Below, piece by piece: positions 25,675 to 39,532 of a stretch of DNA of 64,000 nt. Both the position numbers and the translations under genes were made by a program. Numbering within the stretch: the first letter of the stretch is position 1; every line of letters begins with the position of its first letter. The notes beneath the pieces were generated by a model. The model did not search any database. It had not been told where the DNA came from and was given only the letters and a program-made list of their open reading frames with translations. The DNA is taken from NCBI RefSeq assembly GCF_009914755.1, contig NC_060925.1; one strand, written 5' to 3'. The stretch is from the human T2T-CHM13v2.0 reference genome, Homo sapiens.

Positions 25675-27949
25675 TGTTATGGTTTGGCTGCATCCCCATC
25701 CAAATCTCAACTTGAATTGTATCTCCCAGAATTTCCAAGTGTTGTGGGAGGGACCCACAGGGAGGTAATTGAATCATGGGGGCTGGTCTTTCCCATGCTA
25801 TTCTTGTGATGGTGAATAAGTCTCACAAGATCTGATGGGTTTATCAGGGGTTTCTGCTTTTGCTTCCTCCTCATTTTTTTTCTCTTGCCGCCGCCATGTA
25901 AGAAATGCCTTTTGCCTCCTGCCATGACTCTGAGGCCTCCCCAGCCATGTGGAATTGTTAAGTCCAATTAAACCTCTTTTTCTTCCTAGTCTCGGGTATG
26001 TCTTTATCAGCAGTGTGACAATGGACTAATACAGTAAATTAGTACCAGGAGTGGGGTGTTGCTGAAAAGATACCCAAAAATGTGAAGCAACTTTGGAACT
26101 GGGTAACAGACAGAGATTACAACAGTTGGAGGGCTCAGAAGAAGACAGGAAAATGTGGGAAAGTTTGGAACTTTCTAGAGACTTATTGAATGGCTTTGCC
26201 CAAAATGCTGATAGTGATATGGTCAATAAAATCCAGGCTGAGGTGGTCTCAGATAGAGATGAGGAACTTTTTGGGAACTGGAGCAAAGGTGACTCTGGTT
26301 ATGTTTTAGCAAAGAGATTGGTGGCATTTTACCCTTGCCCTAGAGATTTGTGGAACACTGAACTTCAGAGAGATGATTTAGGGTATCTGGCAGAAGAAAT
26401 TTCTAAGCAGCAAAGCATTTAGAGGTGACTTCAGTACTCTTAAAGGCATTCAGTTTTAAAAGGGAAACAGAACATAAAAATTCAGAAAATTTGCAGCCTG
26501 ACTATACAATAGAAAGGAAAAACCCATTTTCTGGGAAGAAATTCAAGCACGCTACAGAAATGTGTATAAGTAGCAAAGAGCCTAATGTTAATCCCCAAGT
26601 CCATGGGGAAAATGTCCCCAGGCCATGTCAGAGACCTTCATGGCAGCCCTTCCCATCATAAGCCTTAAGTCCCTTTTGTGGGCTGGGCCCAGGGTCCCCA
26701 TGCTGTGTGCAGCCTAGGGACTTCATGCCCTGTGTCCCAGCTGCTCCAGCCATGGCTGAAAGGGGCCAACGTAGAGCTCGGGCTGTGGCTTCAGAGGGTG
26801 GAAGCCCCAAGCCTTGGCAGCTTGCATGTGTTATTGAGCCTGCAGGTGCACAGAAGTCAAGGTCTGAGGTTTGGGAACCTCCGCCTAGATTCCAGAAGAT
26901 GTATGGAAATGCCTGGATGCCCAGGCAAAAGTTTGCTGTGGGGGTGGGGCCCTCATGGAGAAGCTCTGCTAGGGCAGTGCAGAAGGGAAATGTGGGGTCG
27001 GAGCCCCCACACAGAGTCCCTACTGGGGCACTGTCTAGCGGAGCTGTGAGAAGAGGGCCACTGTCCTCCAGACCTCAGAATGGTATATCCACTGACAGCT
27101 TGCACTGCGCTCCTGGAAAAGCCACAGACACTCAACACCAGCCCGTGAAAGCAGCCGGGAGAGAGGCTGTACCCTGCAAAGCCACAGGGGTGGAGCTGCC
27201 CAAGACCATGGGAACCCACCTCTTGCATCACTGTGACCTGGATGTGAGACTTGGAGTCAAAGGAGATCATATTGGAGCTTTAAACTTTGACTGACCTGCT
27301 GGATTTCAGACTTGCATGGGCCCTGTAACCACTTTGTTTTGGCCACTTTCTCCCACTTGGAACGGCTGTATTTACCCAATGCCTGTATCTCCATTGTATC
27401 TAGGAAGTAACTAGCTTGCTTTCGATTTTACAGGCTCATAGGCAGAAGGGACTTGCCTTATCACAGATGAAACTTTGGACTGTGGACTTTTGGGTTAATG
27501 CTGAAATGAGTTAAGACTTTTGGGGACTGTTGGGAAGGCATGATTGGTTTTGAAATGTGAGGACGTGAGATTAGGAGGGGCCAGGGATGGAATGATATGG
27601 TTTGGCTGTGTCCCCCTCCAAATCTCAACTTGAATTGTATCTCCCGGAATTCCCATGTGTTGTGGGAGGGACCTGGGAGGAAGTAATTGAATCACGGGGG
27701 CCGGTCTTTCTTGTACTATTCTTGTGATAGTGAATAAGTCTCAGGAGATCTGATGGGTTTATCAGGGGTTTCCGCTTTTGCTTCTTCCTCATTTTTTTCT
27801 CTTGCTGCTGCCATGTAAGAAGTGCCTTTCGCCACCCACTGTGATTCTGAGGCTTCCCCAGCCATGTGGAACTGTAAGTCCAATTAAACTTCTTTTTCTT
27901 CCCAGTCTCAGATATGTCTTCATCAGCAGCATGAAAACAGACTAATATA
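25675..27949 (+). mobile_element. Full-length THE1A (ERVL-MaLR): LTR 25675-26033, internal 26034-27592, LTR 27593-27949
   Basis: Two LTRs of about 358 bp (tg(t/a)tatggtttggctg...actaata(c/t)a); MaLR internal sequence; 5-bp TSD cctcc at 25670-25674 and 27950-27954. Confidence 0.95.
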
Positions 27950-28228
27950 CCTCCTCATACCTCCCATGCCTCCACACTTTTCACACTTCCTCACACCTCC
28001 CATACTGCCTCACGCTTCCCACACCTCCCATACCTCGACACACTTTTCACATCTCCTCCCATCTCCTCCCACCTCCCACACCTCCCCATGCTTTCAACAC
28101 CTCTCATACCTCCTCACACCTCCCATGCCTCCTCACACTTTTCAGCACCTCCTCACAGCCCCCATGCCTCTCCACACCTCCCCATGCCTCCCCACACCTC
28201 TCACACTTCCTACACCTCCTCACACCAC
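27950..28228. repeat. CACACCTCC-type low-complexity repeat, right part
   Basis: Degenerate cacacctcccatgcctc units. Confidence 0.88.
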
Positions 28229-28989
28229 TGGTGCTTATTACTGACATGTCTGTCTGCCTGTGTATTTCTCTGGGACAGGCCCAGCTTCTCCTCCTTTTTA
28301 CAATTCTTGGGTCCAACCCAGGGTCTGATGCAGACTCAGTGCTGAGTATCAGTTGACCTGACTTGAACACCACCAATTGGAAAGCCAGGATGATGTAAAT
28401 TTTCATCTGGCCTCATTTGTTCCTTAGCCTCTCATAGGGGTCACACCTCCCTCTTTTTCATTCTTGTACATCTGGGGACACTGAGCAGGAGGTGCCCGTG
28501 CTGTCAAAGCACCAGAGAGTATGACAGCAGAATTCACGTCTGCCTCCCCACAGGAGCCGTCGCCCCTCCCAGCTGAGTTCCTGCCAAGGTCAGTGGGAGC
28601 CAGTGCAGACTGGCAGAAATGGGCAGCCGGATATGAGAGCCCAGCCGGCCAGAGAGCCAGGGTGAGCCAGGAGCTTTAGCTCAAGTTCCGGACACCCACC
28701 AGTCTTTAGCAAAGTCTCTCAGAACACAGAGGGGAGTGGGTGGGAGAGTTTAGATTTTTGTTTTTGAAAACTTGGTTTATGCCCTTTAATTAATGAGGGC
28801 AAAAGTTGTACTGAAATTATATGTGCGTTTGTTGATATTATCTATATAATAAGTTATATAGATAATGTAAGTACATATATATATAATTTCAGTTTCACAT
28901 GCCAGGAATTCAAACACAACTTTAAAGAACTTAAGTTTAGGAATTAACTTGAAGGATTAAGGAAGAGTTTCTCAGCACAGCTTGAATAG

Positions 28990-29349
<360 letters not shown>

Positions 29350-30569
29350 TAAGAAGTGGATAGAGCTTTTCAAAACCATGGTCAAGGCTTTTATTTTGAT
29401 GTTTGCACCATGGCTTTGAGCTTGGGAGGATGAAAATGACTGATTTAACATCAGATTGTGCCTTGATATGTGATGACTTTTTCCCTCCAGGCAGGGAGGT
29501 GGCCCTAGTGATGAAATGAGTAAGGGTTTGTGAGTTATCCGCATCTTGGCTGGCGTAAGTCATCCTTCCCTTTCAGGGCTAGAATGGTGAACTCCAGGGC
29601 CCTCTTGTACTCAGTGCATTGCTTGATCTGTGTTCATGTTCATGGGGTAAGGGCTGGGGAGCATCTTAAAGTTGCTGTTGCTTCTCCTTTGTTGTTGTTA
29701 TCGTTACTCTTATTAAGGCTGCAGTGAACCTTCTGTTCATACTTGGTTCCATAGCGCAGTGCTTCCCAAACTCTATTCCCGGGAACACTCATTAGGAAGA
29801 CTGTAATTGGTCAAATAGATTTGGAAAACCGCTGTATACCGTATGTTTCTCTTGAAGATTGACAATATATTTGCCTTTGAAAGGCTCTGACAATTCCTGC
29901 AGGGGGAAAAAGTTTTCCTAGCAGTTTCTAAATTTGATCACGTGACATTTATTTTCGGTAATATTTCTTACCAATTTCCAGTTCTGCTGGAACACCTTGA
30001 GAAGGCCTGCCTCAGAATAAATTCTTACAAGTGGAATTGTTGGGGCAAAGCATATGAACATTTATGTATGGTGGCCAGGAGCGCTGCAATACAGCCACTT
30101 CGTGTGTTGGGTAAGAGTAATCCAGGCGTGCTGGACTGGGTTACCTACCGCTTGGTAAACCCCACTAAGTGGGCAAAATATCAAAACAGATTTTTATATT
30201 GAACGGGTCAAACATTTTTTAAAAAATTCTGTAGTTTCTTCTTCTCACTTTGGCATTTGTGAAGAAGCCTCAGTTATTAAAAGCAAGATCCCTCAGGACT
30301 GTTTAACAGAAAGGCATTGTTCTGTGTTGTGTGAAATCAGTAGCATATTTTGTAATGGAACTTTGGAGTCATGTATTAATCTATTTCTTGTTTCTAAGAG
30401 AGGTTGTTTGGTAACGTTTCTTTTTACGGATGTCAGAGAAATACCAAAGGTGACGTGTCTTGCCTAAAATCCCGTGGTGGGTTGTCAGATAAAGTGGAAC
30501 CAGGACTCCTTTAAAGAAGGGTCACTGTACTGAGCCATCTATTGTGCCGTTACCAGAGAAAAATATTTT

Positions 30570-30655
30570 AATGTATATTAAATATATACATTATATATAT
30601 TTATATATACATATATATATTTATATATATACATTATATATATTTATATATATAC
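30570..30655. repeat. (TA)n-rich tract
   Basis: Interrupted TA dinucleotide run. Confidence 0.92.
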
Positions 30656-30819
30656 AGGTGTAAATCCCTGCCTCCTACCTACTTGCAAAAAGGATTTATG
30701 ACAGAGAGAAAACTCATAGCAGAACCCAATAATTCTTCTAGAAGGTTGGAAGCCTCACCTATGAAGCTCGGAGGAGGTTATAAAAGGGAAGAGGTGCTTA
30801 CTTAGAAATCTTTAGGAAT

Positions 30820-31028
30820 GGCCGGGCACAGTGGCTAACGCCTGTAATCCCAGCACTTTGGGAGGCCGAGGTGGGTGGGGCACTTGAGGTCAGGCGTGAG
30901 CCATTGTGCCTGGCCGTCATAAGATCATTATCTTATGGTTCTTTTTTTAAGAGCTGAGGCCTCACACTATATTGGTGAGGGTGGTCTTGAACTCCTGGGC
31001 CCAAGCGATCCTCCCATTTCAGCCTCCT
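30820..31028. mobile_element. Fused inverted Alu 5' ends (30820-30915) plus antisense FLAM/AluJ fragment (about 30942-31028)
   Basis: Sense Alu nt 1-75 switches at cagg into antisense Alu nt 25-1. Confidence 0.85.
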
Positions 31029-31219
31029 CCCTGAGAAGCAGCGGAGAGTAGATGTGACTGGGGGATTCATGAGGGAGAGGAGGACCAGGCGGGTATGCAC
31101 GTTGAGCACCGGGGTTCAGGAGCTTCAGGGGGCTGTGGGAGGAAAGGCCCCGAGGCCGAGGGTAGGTTTAGGAACTCCATGGAGAGCAGTTTGCTTGCAA
31201 GTGGGGAATGTGAGTCTTC

Positions 31220-31685
31220 TTTCCCCGCCCCGGCTTCATTGAAGTATAATTGACAAAGACGGAATATATTCAAAGTGTGCACCGTGATGTTTTGATAATA
31301 CATGTACATAAGGAATGATTCCCACAATCAAGCTAGTTAACAACATATCCATCACCTCACACAGTTGCCCACCCTTGTTTTGTGGTGAGAACACTTAAGA
31401 TCTCTCTTAGCAAATTTCGAGTAAACAATACATTGTTACTGACTGTAGTCACCACGCTGTAGGAGAGCTCCCCAGGACTTACTCAACGTGGCTGGAGGAC
31501 ACTACGCTAAGTGAAATAAGCCAGTCACAGAAAGACAAATAGATCCCGCTTATATGTGGAATCCAAACAAGTTAGAACTCATAGAAACAGAGAGTACAGT
31601 GGTACAGTGGTGGTTGTCAGGGGCTGGGGGATGAGGGGTGCGGCAGGAGAATGGAGAGATGTTGGTCAAAGAGTCCAGACTTGCC
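31220..31685 (-). mobile_element. L1MA-type 3' fragment with 5' inversion
   Basis: Antisense 3' end to 31485, then the adjacent upstream segment in sense 31486-31685; TSD ggaatg(t/g)g(a/c)gtcttc at 31205-31219 and 31686-31700. Confidence 0.8.
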
Positions 31686-32261
31686 GGAATGGGCGTCTTC
31701 AGATGCTTGACAGATTGTTTCTGAAAAGCTGTCCTCTCTCCTCCAGTCTTCCACACCCTTTCTTTCCTTCTCCCAGTACTGTATTGCAACCCTGTTAAAC
31801 ACCAGGGATCCATGTGCTCATGTGTAACTGCTCCACAGGCTACCCTAGTCCCCAGAGACCCCCCACTGAGATCCCCATGAGCCTGAGCCCCTGCTTGAAT
31901 CTCCAGCACGTGCTGTAGCAGTAGCAGCCTCCTTGTCTGGGGCGTGGAAGCATGCGTGGACACCTACCTTCTGCCTCCTCTTCACCTTCTCGAAGGCTCT
32001 GCCAGGCTCTCTGCCATCCAGTGTGTGTGGGCAATCCAGCAATTGTGAAGACTTAGAAAAGAGCTTGAGAAATGCCAGTCTGCAATATTTCTGTTTCAGA
32101 AAACAGTCCAATTTGATACTTCTTTTGTCCAAAGATGTTTTGTTATTTTAAATGTACTGCAAAGTTTGAGGCCTGGGTAGGCAGACACTTACTAATTTGG
32201 TGCCAGCAAAAATTCTAATAAAGAGAGTGGACTGTTTGTTTATCTTAAATAAGAATCTTAA

Positions 32262-32640
<379 letters not shown>

Positions 32641-32822
32641 TTACTATTAAAACTGTATGTGCAACATAAGAAATGTTTGGCATAACAAACGTGGACATTT
32701 CAATTATAAAAAACGTGCCCAGCGCTGGGGGATGAAGGGGCAGAGGAATTCCCAGTGATGGTATCAGTCTGGTTCTGTCAACATATTGGACCCCAACCTG
32801 CCATGCTTTTCTGTCGTTGCAG

Positions 32823-32872
32823 GTGATTTTCAAAGCCAAGTCAAAATATTCTCCAGAATTACTCAAATACCG
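32823..32872 (+). CDS. GPR137B: GPR137B exon 2 (50 nt; VIFKAKSKYSPELLKY and first two bases of R)
   Basis: ttttctgtcgttgcag|GTG acceptor and CG|gtaagt donor; phase 0 to 2, in frame with exons 1 and 3. Absent from the ORF track. Confidence 0.96.
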
Positions 32873-33291
32873 GTAAGTACTGCAGGGCATCTCTTTCTGT
32901 GGTAGAAGGGGAAAGTGCCGACACATGAATCTCATCTCTCCATTGGGGTTTGCACACATCGCTGTTCTGTGAGCCGCCGGAAACAGTCCTGCCTGCTGGC
33001 TGGCTGCCCACATTGTGCACATCATGTGCATTGCCGGTAAGGGTCAGGTCATCAGATCATGACTTCATGAATCATGGGGACTTGCATCATACTTACCCAG
33101 TTCAGAAACAAGAGCCTGGTGCCTTTCCTAACAGGAGGAAATACATGGGAATAAAATAGGTGTATGTTGCCTCTAAACCTTCCTGAGGCACTTGAGAAGA
33201 GCCTCAGCAGAAGGAAACAGGGTTCCTTGAAGATGCAGTGCTTTGCCAGGTGCTTCCCCTTCCCCATCCCGCACCTCCCATGCTCCCACTG

Positions 33292-33375
33292 CAGGTGCAG
33301 GTGCAGGTGCAGGTGCAGGTGCAGGTGCAGGTACAGGTACAGGTGCAGGTGCAGGTGCAGGTGCAGGTGCAGCTG
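33292..33375. repeat. (CAGGTG)6(CAGGTA)2(CAGGTG)5CAGCTG hexanucleotide repeat
   Basis: Counted directly from the sequence. Confidence 0.97.
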
Positions 33376-33858
33376 TGGCAGGGCCTCGCCCCTGCAGCCT
33401 GCCACCTGGTGGCCTTACCCGCCTTGTCTCAGCTGCTGGTAGGCTCCGGCTCCTTGTTTTCCAGAACTTCAGTGCCCATTGAACCCTAAGTTGCTACACA
33501 GCTGCTTGCAGGGTATCCATCCACATCCAGAAATACTGTTCTGACCATTCAGTGCTCATTTAGGCACCAGGAGGAAGAATGTGTTATAGCTGAGAAGTGG
33601 ACACTCTATATTTGTAACAATGGCTTAACACAAAGGCTTGCAGAATCAGGCAGAGCAGGATGTGCAACATGCCAAAAACATGGACACCGGGAGGCATGGA
33701 CATTTTGTGGAAGAGAGGCTTGTGCCAGAGTGTAATCTGGAAGGGAACCTCTTAAGTTATGTGAGGAGGGGGATCTGCATTTTCCTATGGAGGGGTTCGT
33801 AGCTCTCCCCAGAGGGGAGAGGCCTATGACTTTCCTAAGGCCAAGAACCAGTGGCTTA

Positions 33859-34181
<323 letters not shown>

Positions 34182-34721
34182 GAATGGTCAGGTTTGACTG
34201 GGGTTGGGGGAGGAGAACAGGCCTCTGGAAGAGGCGCGGGGGTGCAGTGTGAGTCCAGGGGTTCTGGCGTTTCTGCCCGGGAGAACTCCATTGCCAACGG
34301 CAAACATTTCTGAAAAGGTGACTCTGGCCATTGCCTCCTTGGGTCAAAATGAAAAATTATTTTGTCATTTTTTAAAATATGTTAAATCGTATACATATTT
34401 TATTTAAATATATATCATCTAAAAATATGTAAAGACTTTTTACTTAAAATTCTGAAGGTGTAATAGTTTAATCCTGAGTTTATATCCAAGGAAACCAGTT
34501 CAGAAGGTTTCTCTCAAGTTCAGAAAGTTCTGTGAAGGTGCCTGGGCCAAGATACAAGTCCCAAGACTCACCGTCCCGGGTTTTGTTTTGTTTTTCACCT
34601 GATCTTGCTGTCTCCCTTCACTGCTTTGTACGTGGCTCAGTTCACGTCTCTACCAGGCTCAGGTGGAACTTCAGCGTCCACTGTGAAATGATGTTGGTCC
34701 CAAGGAGAGCAATTTAAAGTA

Positions 34722-35406
<685 letters not shown>

Positions 35407-35865
35407 TATAAAGTACAAGTAGACAGTTCCCTCTCTTCTCCAGTAACAAGATAGTAGCCTCTCCTCTGCATCTATAGTCTTTGCCCTGCATCCCCCCAGC
35501 CAGAAATGTAGGTCAAAGCATGAGTGAAGATGGGCATAGGAGGAGAACATTCTGTCTGATCGGACCGTGGAACTGATTTTATCTTGGAAGCAGTTGAGGC
35601 TGGGGTAATTAGATGTCTTCTAGAGGTGGAATATAAAAGCACTGGTCAGAAAGGAAATTGTTTAAAAAGCTTTCAACCTCTGAGCACGGGGACTGGGGTC
35701 TTCGGGTGAGAAGATATGTGCGTGGGGCAGTCCTTGCTTGATCCTTGAGCCAAAGTATACCTCAAAGACAGGCTGCGCTGACATGTATGGCTGCATTTTA
35801 TTGGGAAGGGATTCACAGAAATGAAGGGAGAAGATGGGGAGAAATAAATTTGGATCCAGATGTTA

Positions 35866-36249
<384 letters not shown>

Positions 36250-36805
36250 TTAACCCAGTCCTAGTGATTTTGTTGCCAAATATAAAGAAATACTAGGAGT
36301 TATTCCTGTGTAGGCACATCTTTAGTCTCATCTATAGAATTCCTCAGTTCTCTTAAACCAGATGCCACTAGAGACATTTCAGGCCACAATCTCTCCCTTG
36401 AGATGCTTTGGTATGTTGGCTTCTAAATAGATTGGCTTCCCTCATTTAATCATAACTCACTTGAAATGAAACATGAGCCATTAGTCTAGAACTAGTTGAA
36501 ACTTTCCACTCCAATCTATTCCTGTAGTAATTCACTGGTTTTGAAGATAATTTATATTTAACTCAGCCAAGAACCACTTTATTTTTCACTTAAAATCACC
36601 TCTACCCTCCCACATCTGCTAGCTCAGAGTTTTGCTGGAGTGGAAGGCAATTTAATTCAGGCTTTCTCTTTCTCAGTCTATGTATTTTAATTTATTTGGT
36701 TTAAGAAATGTGAACATTTGGCATGGGAGTAATCATTTCCAACTGTTTGCCCTCTAGCTTTGTGATTTTTTTAAATAAGTAAAAAATACAGTGAGCCAGG
36801 TTTTC

Positions 36806-37823
<1,018 letters not shown>

Positions 37824-38821
37824 TTATCCTGGCCCTATGGTTTAGGTTAAAAGGCAGTAGTATTGGGGGCAGTGTACAAAACTCTGTTTCTGTGGAAACA
37901 TACTTTTTTGATACAGTTTATTCTGGCCTCCTTTGAAAACTCTCTCGCCACACCTCCAGATCGCTCCCTTTCTACCACAGCTGCAGGCATAGAGGGAAAA
38001 AAACTTGTTTTGCAAGATGGTTTTGCATTATAAAAGTGATAACAAGGATATTAGGAAAAAATTATACAATAGAAAAAGATAGACATTTTGTGAATATAGA
38101 CATGTGGAAAGAAAGCAAGCAAGTCCACTGAACTTTCCCTCCTCCCAGCATAAACCCCCCTCCAGCCCTAAGGAAATACAATGATGTATTCCATTATAGG
38201 TTTTTATACAGATTTCCCAAGACAAAGTTGATGTCTATATTGCATTTCCAATTTTGCATCCTGACTTTTTAACTTGATGTTAGGTCACACATATTTTTCC
38301 ATATTGTTTTAAATCTCCCAACACAGCCTCCTTTCCTAAGATAATAACAGGCTTTTGTTGAGTAGACTAAACAAAGCCTCCTAAAGGCTCTGAGAATAGG
38401 ATTTGATAGATAAAAATCAAGAAGGAGGAAGGTTCCAGGCAGAAAAGTCAGCTTGCAGAAAGACAGGAGGTGGAGACACCTGGCCATGTTTAAAACATGG
38501 AGTTGACCAGCTTGATGAGCACGTAGCCTGTCCATAGATTGAGCTGCCTCTTGAGTGCTGGGTTCTGGAAGATGCGGGGTGGGGCTTTAGGGCAAAGATG
38601 AATTAGGAAACTACATTAGTTCTGGTCAGAGGCATGAGACTGTGTGAGGCTGGCACAGGAGGCATGGATAGAGTGGGAATGAAGAATCTACTGACCTTGA
38701 CAATGGATTATATAGGGGGTGGATGGAATCAAAGAAGAACATTACAGTTAGAGTCTATGAAAAGCTATGGCACCTTTAACAGAAATAGGAACACTTAGAG
38801 GCGTGCTAGAAGAGGGACACT

Positions 38822-39325
38822 GGGGCTGGGTGCAGTGGCATGCACTTGTAGTTCTAGCTACTCAGGAGGCTGAAGTGGGAGAATCGCTCGAGCCCAGGAG
38901 TTCAAGGCTGCAGTGAGCTAGGATTGCATCACTGTACTCCAGCCTGGGTGACAGAGCAAGACCCCAACTCAGAAAAAAAGGACATTGGGAATTGAGTTTG
39001 GGACATGCTGGCTTGAGGGGGCAGGGCCTCCGAATGGCAGGCTGTTAGGGAAATGAGTCTGGAACTCAGATCAAAGGCATGGCTTGAGACGAAAGATGTT
39101 TGAACTCAGTCATACAAAAGTCATGATTGAAGCTACAGAAACAAGCATATTTTCTGAGGAAGAGTGTAGGCCAGGTGCAGTGGCTCTCAGCTGTAATCCC
39201 AGCACTTTGGGAGGCCGAGACGGGAGGATCACTTGAGGTCAGGAGTTCGAGGCTGCAGTGAGCCATGATTGTGCCACTGCATTCCAACCTGGGTGACACA
39301 GGGAGATGCTGTCTCTTAAAAAATA
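38822..39325 (+). mobile_element. Two Alu monomers (FRAM/FAM-like, 38822-38978 and 39168-39325) in a probable L2 remnant
   Basis: Single-arm Alu sequences with short A-tails. Confidence 0.75.
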
Positions 39326-39532
39326 CAGAAAATCATAAGAGAAAACAAATTTTCTACTTATTAAGTGGAAGTGGGTGATCATCAAGGTCTTCATCCTCAT
39401 TGTGTTCATGCTGAGTAAGTGGAGGAGGAGAGGGGAGAGGAAGGTCTTGCTGTGTCAAGGGTGGCAGTGGAGGAAAATCCGTACATAAGTGGCCCCGCAC
39501 AGTTCAAACCTGTATTGCTCAAGGGTCAACTG
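39326..39532. mobile_element. Tigger2a/MER28-like fragment
   Basis: Ends aaatccgtacataagtggccccgcacagttcaaacc...caagggtcaactg followed by TA. Confidence 0.75.

Noticed and set aside
25936-25948. PRDM9 hotspot 13-mer in the THE1A LTRs
   Set aside because: The LTRs read cctccccagccat and cttccccagccat, not CCTCCCTNNCCAC.
26093-27294. THE1A internal ORFs (109 aa and 195 aa)
   Set aside because: Broken pieces of the ordinary MaLR internal ORF; nothing indicates domestication.
33052-33489. poly-QV, CR, AG and HL ORFs
   Set aside because: Frames of the CAGGTG repeat with no evidence of coding function.
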